Assembly (NCBI GenBank): GCA_964632315.1
Contig: CAZWEM010000002.1
Coordinates: 1-64,000, forward strand
From: an uncultured archaeon
GTDB taxonomy: Archaea; Asgardarchaeota; Lokiarchaeia; Sigyniarchaeales; SOKP01
Direction of reading: 5' to 3'
Length of the DNA: 64,000 nt
This document shows positions 29,694-40,047 of the stretch, piece by piece. How positions within the stretch are numbered: the first letter of the stretch is position 1; every line of letters starts with the position of its first letter. The position numbers were made by a program, and so were the translations under genes. The notes under the pieces are model-generated. The model saw only the letters and a list, made by a program, of their open reading frames with translations. It was not told the DNA's origin and searched no databases.

Positions 29694-30126
29694 TCAAGGT
29701 CGGTTTAATTTTCTTTTTTGGGAGTGGAGGCAATGCATTAATTTTTCCTGTTATATCATTTACAGATTTCACGAAATTATCAACTTCTGCGGCAGCACAG
29801 AAATACTGTTGGATCCTCTCTTCACTGATACCTAGATGAGAAAAAATTCTTTTTAAAAATAAGACATGTTTGTTCGTATTCATGTTAGCCCGACCATAAT
29901 CGCATTCCCCCTCGTGACAAGAGATTATAGCAACACCATCAGCTCCATTCAAGAAACTCTCCATGATTAGATGAAGTCCAATTCTTCCAGTACATTTAAC
30001 GCGAATTAAATGAAATTCTGTAGAATATGATTTCCTCGTAGTACCAGTAAGGTCTGCCACCGAATATCCTCACTTCTCACAACCAAATGCAATTATCTTT
30101 CTGCTTCCATTACTAATGCTACTCAT
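29677..30126 (-). CDS. mvhD: MvhD/VhuD selenoprotein, 149 aa, Sec19
   Basis: ATG 30126; KIIAFGCEK-TGA(30070-30072)-GYSVADLTG in frame with RVKCTGR, GADGV, CHEGEC. Confidence 0.92.
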
Positions 30127-30131
30127 TTAGT

Positions 30132-32129
30132 TTATTCCTCCATTATTTCTCGGATAGATTGAATTTGGGGTTCAAATCCCCCTAGCCCCTTGATTTCTTC
30201 TTCAAATTGATCGTCTCGATAATATTTCAGATCAATTGCTCGTGCTGGACAAGATGTTACGCAAGTACCACATCCTTTACATTTTAACTCATTCACACTC
30301 GCAATATTGTTCTCTGCAACGGTGATTGCATTGAATTCACAGATTTTTTCGCATCTACGACACCCTACACAAAGGTCTTGATTCACTTCAGCAATGATTA
30401 ATTCTTGTCGAAGGATATCATTTGATAACAAGGTTGCTGCCTTGCTTGCAGCACCTAAAGCAGACGAAACGGAATAGGGAATATTTTTGGGACCTGAAGC
30501 ACATCCACATATATAAATTCCATTATCTTTTGTTTCAACAGGTTTAAGACACCCATGAACTTCAGATAAGAAATTATTCGGTCCTCTACTTAGACCCATT
30601 ATTTCAGATATTTCTTTTGTTCCTTTAGAAGGTACTATCCCTGTTGATAACACGACTAAATCAAATTCTTTCTTTGTGACTCCATCTTCCATTGCAGTAT
30701 CAAAATATAATACCATTTTTCCATTTTCATCTAGTTTTATATCACCCGGTATACCTTTTATAAAATTTATTCCTTGACCACGAATTTTTCGATAGTATTC
30801 TTCGTTTCCTTTATCCCAGGTGCGTATATCAATATAGAAAATGGTGATTTCCATATTTGGATACTCTTGCTTGAGAAGTTGAGCATTCTTTAAGGCTACA
30901 TTACAACACACAGCACTGCAATAAGAATTTCCCCTTAAGGTACGTGAACCAACACACTGGATCATTGCAACATTTTGAGGAGATTTACCAGTCGAGATTT
31001 GATACACGTGTCCACTTGTAGGACCGATTGGACTAAGCATTCGTTCTAATTCTATTTGGGTTATTACATCTGGATAGAATCCATATTTATATTCATTGGA
31101 TTCGATAATTTGATATTCATCCCAACCAGTAGCAATTATAATAGCACCGACTTTAATATCGATTAATTGTTCTTTTTGTTCAAAATCGACAGCTTCAGCA
31201 GGACAATTTCTTTCACAATTTTTACATTCTATACAAACCTCTCGGTCAATAACGGCATATTTAGGAACGGCTTGAGGGAATGGGATGTAAATGGCGCCTC
31301 GATCACCGATTCCCCTATTAAATTCATCAGGGACTTTAATTGGACACTTAATCGTGCATAAACCACATCCAGTGCATTTATTTTCATTAACATATCTTGG
31401 CTTTTTTTTAATTTTCACGTTATATTCTCCTGTAACTCCTTTAAAATCTGTTATTTCTGAATAAGTTAATAAGGTAATGTTAGGATGCTTTGCGGCATTT
31501 ACCATGATCGGAGCCAATACTCAAATACCACAATCGTCCGTTGGGAATATACGATCAAGCTGAGCCATTTTTCCTCCAATAGTGGGTTCTTTTTCAACCA
31601 AATATACTTCAATGCCTTGATTTGCGAGATCTAATGCGGCATTCATTCCGGCGATACCAGCTCCTACAACTAAGGCAGTTTTAGTAATGGGAATTTCCTT
31701 AAAAGGAATAGATTCAAGTTCTCGTGCTCGATTTACCCCGGCTAATATTAGTCGTTGAGCTTTCTTTGTTGCTTCATCTTTATCACCTTGATGGACGAAC
31801 GAGCATTGTTCTCTTAAATTCACCATTTGAAAATAGTAGGGACTCAATCCTGCTTCAGTTAAAACTGCACGATAAGTTGGTTCGTGAATTTTTGGAGTAC
31901 AAGCAGCCACTACTATTCTATTTAAATCCTGTTCAAGTATGTCATTCTTTATTTGTTGTTGCCCAGGATCACTACAAGTAAATTTATTCATCCTAGCAAT
32001 AACTACATTTGGTAAAGTTTCAGCGAAATCCCTTAAAGCAGCACAATCAACATATAATCCGATATTAACGCCTCACTCACACACATAAACTCCAATTCTA
32101 ATTTGCTCAATGGTCTGTTTATCAGACAA
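30132..32129 (-). CDS. hdrA: Heterodisulfide reductase subunit A selenoprotein, 665 aa, Sec19 and Sec203
   Basis: AGGTGA RBS and TTG 32129; IGVYVCE-TGA(32073-32075)-GVNI; FPTDDCGI-TGA(31521-31523)-VLAP; all segments in one frame; GAGIAG, QCVGSR, YCSAVCC. Confidence 0.93.
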
Positions 32130-32393
32130 TTAATTCACCTTTTTGTAGATTCACCAATATACTAATAATTAATGAAATTAGATGCTAATTCTTAATATCT
32201 TAGGTATGTGAATAGATGAAACAATTTATTTTTTCTGTTTAAATCAGATCAATGATCAATTTCGTAACTCAAATGATCCATATGATTTTACCTATATCTA
32301 AAATCTAATTAAATTCATCACATTTAATCAAACGAAAAAATAAATGAAGTTGAATCTTTAATTACTTGAATAAATGATCCATACGTATAGCAT

Positions 32394-32579
32394 ATGTCAG
32401 TAAATAACGAGAAGATTAAAGAAGAATTTGCAAAAGAATTCATGAATGAAGAAGGATTAAAGGGTAAGGCAAAAAGGTTAAAGATCATGCGCATAATTGA
32501 CATGGTTGGATACGATAAAAGAAAGATACGTAATGCGTTACTAAGATCGGATATAGCTGAAAAAATCTCTCATGATTAA
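32394..32579 (+). CDS. Small hypothetical protein
   Basis: 61-aa ORF with typical composition upstream of serS. Confidence 0.6.
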   Translation: MSVNNEKIKEEFAKEFMNEEGLKGKAKRLKIMRIIDMVGYDKRKIRNALLRSDIAEKISHD

Positions 32580-32672
32580 TGGTAAACTTAATCCCGCACC
32601 ATCAATTATTTATCATAATTATTTTAAAATATGCAAAATTAATGCCATCAATAATTTGAGAATGAAGTAAAA

Positions 32673-33968
32673 TTGCTTGATATTGAACTGTTCCGGAATA
32701 AATTGGATAAAATTATTGAATCTGAAAAGAAGAGATTTAAAGATCCCTCCCATGCTAAAAAAGTGGCTGATTTAGATGTTAAATGGAGAGAAAACCTAAA
32801 GAAAGTGGAAGATTTAAACCGAAAAAGGAAAAAACTCTCCATAAAAATCGGTGAACTTGCTAAAACGGGGAAATCAGCCAATATTAATCCATTAAAGGAA
32901 GAAGCTAAGAAAATTAAAGAAAAGATTGACTTATTAAAAACTGAACGAGATAATTATCTCCTCGAGAGGGACAAATATAGATACTTAGTGGGAAATATTT
33001 TGCATGAATCGGTTCCTAAGGCAGAAACAGAAGAAGGGAATGAAATAGTAAGAACTGTAGGGAAGTTACCTGATTTTGACTTTAAACCCGCCTCCCATGT
33101 AGAACTAATAGAGTTAATTGACGGCGCAGATACTAGTAAGGCTTCGCAAATCTCCGGTTCACGGTTCTTTTTCCTGAAAGGAGATATCGTCTTGTTAAAT
33201 TTAGCATTACTCAGGTTTGCACTGGATAAGTTAATTGATTTGGGATACTTGCCCATATGGACTCCCTTTTTCTTGAAGTATGATATAATAGAAGCGGCTG
33301 CAGAATTAGCTGATTTCGAAGAACAGCTATATAAAATTCAGGATGAAGACTTATATATGATTGCTACTTCTGAGCAAAGTATAGCAGCTTATCATTATGA
33401 TGAAATAATTGATCCTAGTCGATTACCATTGAAATATGCAGGAATATCATCATGTTTTAGAAGAGAAGTTGGTTCCCATGGAAAGGATACTTTAGGAATT
33501 TTTAGAGTTCATCAATTTGAAAAGGTAGAGCAATTTATCTTTTGCAAACCAGATGAATCTTGGAATCTCCATGATGAACTACTTTCTAATGCAGAATCAA
33601 TATTTCAAGAGTTAGAAATTCCTTATCGAATAGTCAACATCGCTTCGGGAGAACTAAATGATAATGCTGCAAAGAAATACGATTTAGAAGGATGGTTTCC
33701 CGCATCTGAAAACTACCGCGAATTAGTATCTTGTAGCAATTGCACGGATTATCAAGCTAGAAAGTTAAAGATTAGAATGGGAACCGTTGGGTCACAAGAA
33801 CAAAAAGAAATGGTCCATACACTGAATTCTACTGCGATTGCAGTTGAAAGAACAATATGTTGCATTCTTGAGAATAATCAAAATAAGGACCATTCTATCA
33901 ATATCCCTAAAGTACTTCAAAAATACATGAATGGAAAAAAAATTATTAACCCTACAATATTAGAGTAA
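32673..33968 (+). CDS. serS: Serine--tRNA ligase (standard type)
   Basis: MLDI..FR, ATSEQ, CFRRE.GSHG.DT.GIFRVHQFEKVEQF, ELVSCSNCTDYQAR, HTLN. Confidence 0.98.
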   Translation: MLDIELFRNKLDKIIESEKKRFKDPSHAKKVADLDVKWRENLKKVEDLNRKRKKLSIKIGELAKTGKSANINPLKEEAKKIKEKIDLLKTERDNYLLERDKYRYLVGNILHESVPKAETEEGNEIVRTVGKLPDFDFKPASHVELIELIDGADTSKASQISGSRFFFLKGDIVLLNLALLRFALDKLIDLGYLPIWTPFFLKYDIIEAAAELADFEEQLYKIQDEDLYMIATSEQSIAAYHYDEIIDPSRLPLKYAGISSCFRREVGSHGKDTLGIFRVHQFEKVEQFIFCKPDESWNLHDELLSNAESIFQELEIPYRIVNIASGELNDNAAKKYDLEGWFPASENYRELVSCSNCTDYQARKLKIRMGTVGSQEQKEMVHTLNSTAIAVERTICCILENNQNKDHSINIPKVLQKYMNGKKIINPTILE

Positions 33969-33977
33969 TTATATAAA

Positions 33978-35210
33978 ATGACAGAAGTATCAATAGAAGA
34001 ATTTGAAGATTTTTATAAAGAAAGGCTTGATGATCTATTCTTCAAGATTAAACGAGCTGTTGGAAAACTCATTTCTGACGTAAAAGGAGGATTAGTTGAG
34101 ATTAAAAAATGTACTGATCACTTTATAGAAGCAGGTGAGGATAAAGTTGATAATAAAGCTCAAAGATCGTTACATTTTTTTTCCGATAAAATTAAAAAAG
34201 AAATCGATGAAATCGAATTACCTGAAGATGAAATTACATATGATAACACTCTTGAGTTATTAAACTCAATCAAAAGACTATTTAACAACATTAATGAAGT
34301 CGCCCGAAAATCATTACCAAAGTTTAAGTCTGAGGTCCAAACAGAGATTAAGGAACTAAATTATTTTACCAGGAAATTGAGCAAGAAACAAGCAACTTTG
34401 GAGCAATTCATGAGAAAAAAATACACTGAACTTAAAGAGGCAGAATACTTATTAAATAAATTACCTAAAATGTTTGCATTAAGAGATAATATAGAAAATT
34501 CTAAGCGAGATTTAGATCAATTCGAACAAGAATTAGCAGAACGTAAGAAAAATGAAGAAGCACTGAATGCAAGGCTTGTAACTTTGGAAAAAAACGATCT
34601 CTTTAGAAAACTAGAAGAAGAAAGAGATAGATTGTTCAAATTGAAAATAAATATAAATGATCAACTGGGTTTTAAAAAAGCTTTAAAGAAAATGAAATTT
34701 AATTTGGAAAAGGGAGAAATTCATGTTTCAAATGTGGATCTGAATTATATCAGAGATTTTTTAAAGGACTCTATCAGGACGTTAGCACAAGAAAGCAGTG
34801 ACTTAATTAAGTTCTCGAGTCTCTTGGTTCAATTACGTCGTATTTTAGAAGAGAACAAATTAAATTTAAAAGCAGATACAAAAGAGAAAACCATTGAGCA
34901 GATTAATATGATTTTTGATACTAAACAGATCTATGACGACATTGAGACTGTAAGGAAAATTAACGAGAACATTATTCAAATTGAAAAAGAAATTGAAGAG
35001 GCAGGATTAGCGACTAAATTAGAAAATATAAAAAATGAGATTTCTGCAAATGCCGTCAAATTAGAGCATCTAGAAAGTGATTTAGAACGGAAGAATAAAG
35101 ACTACATGAGACATTTAAATTCTTTAAAAGAAGAAAGAGAAGAGTTCCAGAGTTTAATTTCAGATGTTTTAAATGAGGATGTCAAGCTTACAATCTCATT
35201 TTCATTCTAA
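33978..35210 (+). CDS. Long coiled-coil hypothetical protein
   Basis: E/K/L-rich heptads throughout; 9 bp after serS. Confidence 0.75.
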   Translation: MTEVSIEEFEDFYKERLDDLFFKIKRAVGKLISDVKGGLVEIKKCTDHFIEAGEDKVDNKAQRSLHFFSDKIKKEIDEIELPEDEITYDNTLELLNSIKRLFNNINEVARKSLPKFKSEVQTEIKELNYFTRKLSKKQATLEQFMRKKYTELKEAEYLLNKLPKMFALRDNIENSKRDLDQFEQELAERKKNEEALNARLVTLEKNDLFRKLEEERDRLFKLKININDQLGFKKALKKMKFNLEKGEIHVSNVDLNYIRDFLKDSIRTLAQESSDLIKFSSLLVQLRRILEENKLNLKADTKEKTIEQINMIFDTKQIYDDIETVRKINENIIQIEKEIEEAGLATKLENIKNEISANAVKLEHLESDLERKNKDYMRHLNSLKEEREEFQSLISDVLNEDVKLTISFSF

Positions 35211-35948
35211 AGGGGAATCTATTTCTTTTATTTCTAAATCACGATTATCATTTATATCTTTTTTGAGCAAGGCTAATTTTAAATTATTCTTCAAAAATTT
35301 GAAGGTATGTGTTTCATTCATATTTAACGCTTTAAGGTATTCATATGCTAAAACTAAATCCTGCTTGATATCAATATCAAATCCCGAGCGAAAGGAATCA
35401 TATATTACAAATTTTAATTTTTTCAATTTTGCTTCGTTCACTAAAGCAAATAATGAAGGGATTGTTGGATGGGAAAAAAAAGTAGAAATAATATCAGGCG
35501 GAGATCGCCCTAGTATAGAGACACCACCTGAATGAATTGCGGGACAGATTACTATTTGATGATTTTTAAGAAGGGAAGATAGTTCAATAAAATTGACACG
35601 ATTGATGAGGATAACATCACAAAAAGCAAGGGTTGTTTTTGTAGCGTCATGTTTTTTCATTGCGATATCATTAAAAACCTCAATTACCTCATCGAAGGTC
35701 TTGTTTGAGTTTGCTTTATCTTCTTTAATGGGAATTAATCCGAATTCTTCCGCTAATTCCAGAATTTCGGGACTGGTGCAATAAACTAACTTATTTTCAA
35801 ACGCCTTTACCGTCGATACCTTTAAAGCAAAATCTTTAAATAAAGAAATTGTGAAATTTTTTAATTGTTCTTCTGTAAACACTGATTTTAATCGAGATTT
35901 TGCTCTTGGAAGAGGTGATACTGGAATTAATAGGCTATTCATAATCAA
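35202..35948 (-). CDS. cofC: 2-phospho-L-lactate/PEP guanylyltransferase (F420 biosynthesis)
   Basis: LIPV..L.RAKSRL, D..LI, P...GG, FDIDIKQDL. Confidence 0.8.
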   Translation of the reverse strand: MIMNSLLIPVSPLPRAKSRLKSVFTEEQLKNFTISLFKDFALKVSTVKAFENKLVYCTSPEILELAEEFGLIPIKEDKANSNKTFDEVIEVFNDIAMKKHDATKTTLAFCDVILINRVNFIELSSLLKNHQIVICPAIHSGGVSILGRSPPDIISTFFSHPTIPSLFALVNEAKLKKLKFVIYDSFRSGFDIDIKQDLVLAYEYLKALNMNETHTFKFLKNNLKLALLKKDINDNRDLEIKEIDSPLE

Positions 35949-36011
35949 TTATCTGATAGAATGAAAAAAATAATAAAAAGACATTCAAATGTTCGAAATT
36001 AAAATAATTTT

Positions 36012-36578
36012 TTATTTCAAGTTATTTAGTATTAAAATTGAGAGTGCTTCAAAACAAGCATTTACATTCTTATTTAACTTAGCTGAGGTTTCAAAATAAT
36101 TAATACCATACTGATCAATCAATTGTTCTATCTCATCAGCGTCAACTTTCTTTTCTAAATCTGATTTATTCCCTATAACGATGTACGGTACTTCTCCACT
36201 TAATTCTCTTAATTTCTGAACCCAGAAATCTACTTGTTTAAAAGTTGCTATATCATCCAAGCTAAAAATTACCATAGCTCCAACTGCTTGAACAAAATAA
36301 TACTCATTAGCAAATAGATTCTGTTCTTGTCCACCGATATCCCAGAAGTAAAGTTTAAATCCCTTTTCTTTTATGTCTTTAGTTATATGAGGGTTCTTGA
36401 GGTTTAATCTATCGATGACATTCTTCAAATCAACTTCTTTTATTAGAAAATTAGCACCTACTGTCTGGTGATATTCTGGGCTGAATTTGTCATCTACATA
36501 ACGTGCCAAGAGGCTGGTTTTGCCCACTGAAGGTGCTCCAAGAAGCACGACCTTCCCACGGTAACTAATCTTTACCAC
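36012..36578 (-). CDS. Rab-like small GTPase (Ras superfamily)
   Basis: G1 GAPSVGKTS, G2 TVGANF, G3 WDIGGQE, G4 NKSD, G5 ETSAK. Confidence 0.93.
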   Translation of the reverse strand: MVKISYRGKVVLLGAPSVGKTSLLARYVDDKFSPEYHQTVGANFLIKEVDLKNVIDRLNLKNPHITKDIKEKGFKLYFWDIGGQEQNLFANEYYFVQAVGAMVIFSLDDIATFKQVDFWVQKLRELSGEVPYIVIGNKSDLEKKVDADEIEQLIDQYGINYFETSAKLNKNVNACFEALSILILNNLK

Positions 36579-36645
36579 CCTAGATTTATAATAATATGCA
36601 AATCTTTTTTTGATTTAAATTTAATTTATTTTCTATTTAAACGAA

Positions 36646-37497
36646 CTATGAATACGGTGCTTTTTTTGATGTAAGTTGAATTTCTTTCGTTTCTGAACTA
36701 ATGAAATGTCTAAATAAATGTTCATATCCCGTTAGCTGATTCCGCTTTCCATTTTCCATCCAGAGCCCAGAAGTGTATTCGGGAGCCTCTTTTACTTGAT
36801 CTAGAGTCGTAAGTAAGAATTCATCGTCTGTGATGATCAAACCAAATGGTATCACACTGTCCCCTTCAATAGAATGGATTTTTACATTCATTTTCAATAA
36901 TTTCTTTATTTCCTCTTTTAATGCGTCAAAATACTTTAATGCTAACACGATTTGAATATCAGAGGAAAATTTTTTATTCCAGATCTCCTTTAAAAGCCAT
37001 TCATATCCTCCCAATTCATCCATGAGTAAGTCTGGTGTAATGATAAAGAAAATGCGAGATTCAGCATTATTAATTAAATCTTTTATTTTTTTTCGAATCT
37101 TATCGCTACTATTAATCGACCAAACTCTTGGACCTGATTCTTCTTGCTCAACCTCTAATTCTCCTAAAGATTTCTCGATCAGCATGCTTTCATTAATTTT
37201 TTGCTTGTAATCTTCTCGAATTACCTTAAAAATTTTTTCAATTGGAATAATTTGATAATTTGCTCCTCTCTTTACCGGTTCTTTTTGGATAAATCCTCGC
37301 TCCATCAACCTATTCAAACTATCATATACGCGAGCACGATCTACCCCAGAGTATCTAGCGATGTCTGCGGGACTAAGGATTTTGTATTTCGAAAGAGTTA
37401 GCAACACTTTAGAATCATTTTTTGTAAATCCTAATGATTGTAAACCTTCCTCAATATCATCTTCGTCGTATTTTTCCAGTTCATCTTCAGTGCTCAA
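36646..37497 (-). CDS. TrmB-family transcriptional regulator
   Basis: LGFT..DSKV, S.V.RARVYD.L.RL..RGFI plus a PLD-like effector domain. Confidence 0.9.
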   Translation of the reverse strand: MSTEDELEKYDEDDIEEGLQSLGFTKNDSKVLLTLSKYKILSPADIARYSGVDRARVYDSLNRLMERGFIQKEPVKRGANYQIIPIEKIFKVIREDYKQKINESMLIEKSLGELEVEQEESGPRVWSINSSDKIRKKIKDLINNAESRIFFIITPDLLMDELGGYEWLLKEIWNKKFSSDIQIVLALKYFDALKEEIKKLLKMNVKIHSIEGDSVIPFGLIITDDEFLLTTLDQVKEAPEYTSGLWMENGKRNQLTGYEHLFRHFISSETKEIQLTSKKAPYS

Positions 37498-37919
37498 TCT
37501 CAGATTCCAACTCGTGGTCCTTTTCTTTCTTAAATATCTTATTATAGATATAATATTTTAATTTTTGTTTCATTATTTTTGATTTTGAGATTTTAGAAAC
37601 TTGTTAAATGCTTAATAAATTCTTGAGAAGCATAAAAAGTAATGAAAGTTCTAATTATATCTGCCACAGTGTAAAATAGCATTGTCAGAAAAATATTATT
37701 ATCTTTTTAATAAAAAAAAAAAAATTATTTTTATAGTGGTATTTTGTCGGTTCGAGTATTTTTAGCACATTTTAGATCCAAAAAATTCTATCAATAAGAT
37801 TTACAAGATCCCTATTTCGAACCATAACATTTATATAATAGAAATTCGTAGATATTATTAATTATAAATCTATTTTAAAATAGTATTATCTTGAAAATAA
37901 AATTGTGGAGGAATAAAAA

Positions 37920-38153
37920 ATGGCTAAAAAGAAACCAGCACCAAAGAAAGCTGAATCTTACATTGCTAAAGCTCCAATAAGAAGATTAATGAAAAAAGAA
38001 GGAGCCGACTTAGTAGCTGCTGAGGCGCTGGATAAATTAATTGGATTTCTTGAGTCAAAAGCGGCTGAAGTAACCAAAGAAGCTCATAAAATCTGCAAAG
38101 CTGAAAAGCGTAAGCGGATTTCTGCTGCTGATATTAGAAATGCAACAAGATAA
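37920..38153 (+). CDS. Archaeal histone (HMf fold) with Lys/Pro-rich N-terminal tail
   Basis: IAKAPIRRLMKKEGA..V...A...L...KRKRISAADI; GGAGG RBS. Confidence 0.92.
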   Translation: MAKKKPAPKKAESYIAKAPIRRLMKKEGADLVAAEALDKLIGFLESKAAEVTKEAHKICKAEKRKRISAADIRNATR

Positions 38154-38195
38154 AGTAGCAATAACTTTAATTGAAAATTTTTTTTTATCTCTTAT

Positions 38196-38717
38196 TTATT
38201 TTCGTTCAAAAAACTCCTTATTTAGGAAAAGCGAGATATTTTCTTCTAACTTTTTCTTAACAGCTTTTAATCCTTCTGGTAGAACTCTTGTTTTTCCGAC
38301 GATATCAATGAATCCCAGTTCTGATCCATATCTCGGTACTACATGAAAATGAAGGTGTTCAATACTGCCCCCAGCAACTTTCCCTTCATTCATACCAATA
38401 TTGTATCCAATTGGATTGTAAAGTTTATCTAGTAATAGTTGTAACCCTTGGATGGCTTTCGTGATATGCATTATCTCATCTTGAGTTAATTCGAGGAACC
38501 TGAGAATATGTCTATTTGGTATAACCATTAAATGACCGGGATTGTATGGATAAAGATTAAGAGAGATGAATAATATCTCATCTTGGTATATTTTGAGTAC
38601 AACGACCCGTTCATCATCATCTCTTACTCCGCATAAAATACACTTAATGTTAGGTCGCTTTTTGCCCTGTACATACTCTAACTTTCCTAAAGCCTGGAGC
38701 CAGTCATTGAAAACCAT
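38196..38717 (-). CDS. HIT-family nucleotide hydrolase (FHIT/Ap4A phosphorylase-like)
   Basis: CILC, NLYPYNPGHLMV.P.RH, HLHFHVVPR. Confidence 0.93.
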   Translation of the reverse strand: MVFNDWLQALGKLEYVQGKKRPNIKCILCGVRDDDERVVVLKIYQDEILFISLNLYPYNPGHLMVIPNRHILRFLELTQDEIMHITKAIQGLQLLLDKLYNPIGYNIGMNEGKVAGGSIEHLHFHVVPRYGSELGFIDIVGKTRVLPEGLKAVKKKLEENISLFLNKEFFERK

Positions 38718-38735
38718 AATGTCTAATCTTCGTAT

Positions 38736-39278
38736 TTATGAATAAAGAGAATAATCAGATCCCGAAAAATCTCGGGCTTTTTCAAGGTCCTCGGGGGTGA
38801 TTTTCCCCTCACAATATTCTGCGAGGATCATATTGCTATAAACCATAGCGTTAAAAACTCGACGTACACGTTTAAAAAAGGAATCTTTTGAGAGAATATT
38901 TGTCTTTGAAATATAAATTTGTTCCGTTATTTCATAACGGAAGTTTTTAATGTCAATTCGGTATAATACATCTTTCATTAAGAAGTGTTTTCTTATATCC
39001 ATGAAAAATTGATTTTTTTTGTTTTGTTCTAACGAGTTAAGAGCAGTGACGTGTGGGGGTGAAATTTGAGTTCCAATTGATAAAATAAGAAGATCTTTTT
39101 TTTTAGGTTTAAATACTACCATCGCTTTTCCAATAGGTCTACCTAATGGATCTTTTCCGGGTGGAAAAATGAATTGAAATCCAAAATCCAATTTTTCATC
39201 CGGAATCTTATTTGGTTGCAAATTCTCGTCTGAAAGATATTCTAAAATAGTATACTTGGTCTTATTATTATCAGTCAT
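38736..39278 (-). CDS. DUF2299-like archaeal protein
   Basis: I.EYL.DE.L, VFKPK..D.L, LSKDSFF pattern. Confidence 0.6.
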   Translation of the reverse strand: MTDNNKTKYTILEYLSDENLQPNKIPDEKLDFGFQFIFPPGKDPLGRPIGKAMVVFKPKKKDLLILSIGTQISPPHVTALNSLEQNKKNQFFMDIRKHFLMKDVLYRIDIKNFRYEITEQIYISKTNILSKDSFFKRVRRVFNAMVYSNMILAEYCEGKITPEDLEKARDFSGSDYSLYS

Positions 39279-39308
39279 TTTTTATTTGCCGACTCAGATT
39301 TTAATATA

Positions 39309-39671
39309 TTAATATTTTCCTCTTGGTCTTACTTGGGGTTGTACTCCAGCATCTTTTAATTTTTGGATATTTTTTTCTAATTCTTCGGTTGGAGTACAAA
39401 ATATTACTTTTAATGAGTCATAATTTATGAATAATGCTCCCACAATCCCTAAACCTAATAGTTCATTATTATTACCCAGGAAAGTATGATCAATATCCAT
39501 TTTTATTGCTTTTATGCCATCTTCCAATTCTACTAATCTTGGCTGGCAAGCAGTAAATCCTATACCCCTATTTTGAATTAAATAGTTCATAAGAGCATAA
39601 TCTAATTCATCATTTATTTCTCCAGCATCTTGGAGAATTCGTGCAATTTTAGGGGATTTTTCAAGGGACAT
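39309..39671 (-). CDS. Hypothetical protein
   Basis: ORF within a minus-strand run; normal composition. Confidence 0.7.
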   Translation of the reverse strand: MSLEKSPKIARILQDAGEINDELDYALMNYLIQNRGIGFTACQPRLVELEDGIKAIKMDIDHTFLGNNNELLGLGIVGALFINYDSLKVIFCTPTEELEKNIQKLKDAGVQPQVRPRGKY

Positions 39672-39695
39672 GAATCTAATAAAAAAAATGATTTT

Positions 39696-39953
39696 TTATG
39701 ATCTATTATCTATCTGAACCCGATCAACACTGTGTAAAGCACAATTCATATCTTCTAAAGCATTTTTAATATTTGTTAAGTTTAAATCGCCGTTTCCTTT
39801 AATAGTTAGAAACACAGATGTAGTTTTCTGGTCTATTTCATCCGTTTTAATTTGTACGAAGGTAACTCCCTCTATTTCCATTATAACTTGCGCTAGTTCC
39901 CAGTTATCCGGTTGATGTGGTTTCAAGACATCGAGATCATATTCAATTCTCAC
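39696..39953 (-). CDS. DUF211 family protein
   Basis: LDVLKPHQP...EID..T....I.G...HSVD. Confidence 0.88.
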   Translation of the reverse strand: MRIEYDLDVLKPHQPDNWELAQVIMEIEGVTFVQIKTDEIDQKTTSVFLTIKGNGDLNLTNIKNALEDMNCALHSVDRVQIDNRS

Positions 39954-40047
39954 TTATTTCCCTCCTATAAAGACTACTATTATATTTTAAAAATAAATAA
40001 ATTTGAATTATATAATTTATAATTTATTTTTAATTGTAATGTAAACG

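Noticed and set aside
31521-31991. ORF-track entries 31521..31991, 30132..31517 and 29677..30060 as separate genes or pseudogene fragments
   Set aside because: They are in-frame parts of HdrA and MvhD interrupted only by TGA at conserved Cys/Sec positions
32241-32290. AUGA-N10-AA...UGAU SECIS-like pattern upstream of hdrA
   Set aside because: It is on the strand opposite to the hdrA mRNA and the pairing is out of register
33978-35210. Coiled-coil protein as SMC, ESCRT-III or CdvA
   Set aside because: No Walker motifs or recognisable Snf7/CdvA signature; kept as hypothetical
37500-37919. Long intergenic region with a poly-A tract as an ncRNA or replication origin
   Set aside because: Very AT-rich, with no stable structure or ORB-like repeats seen and no cdc6 nearby; explained as a divergent promoter region
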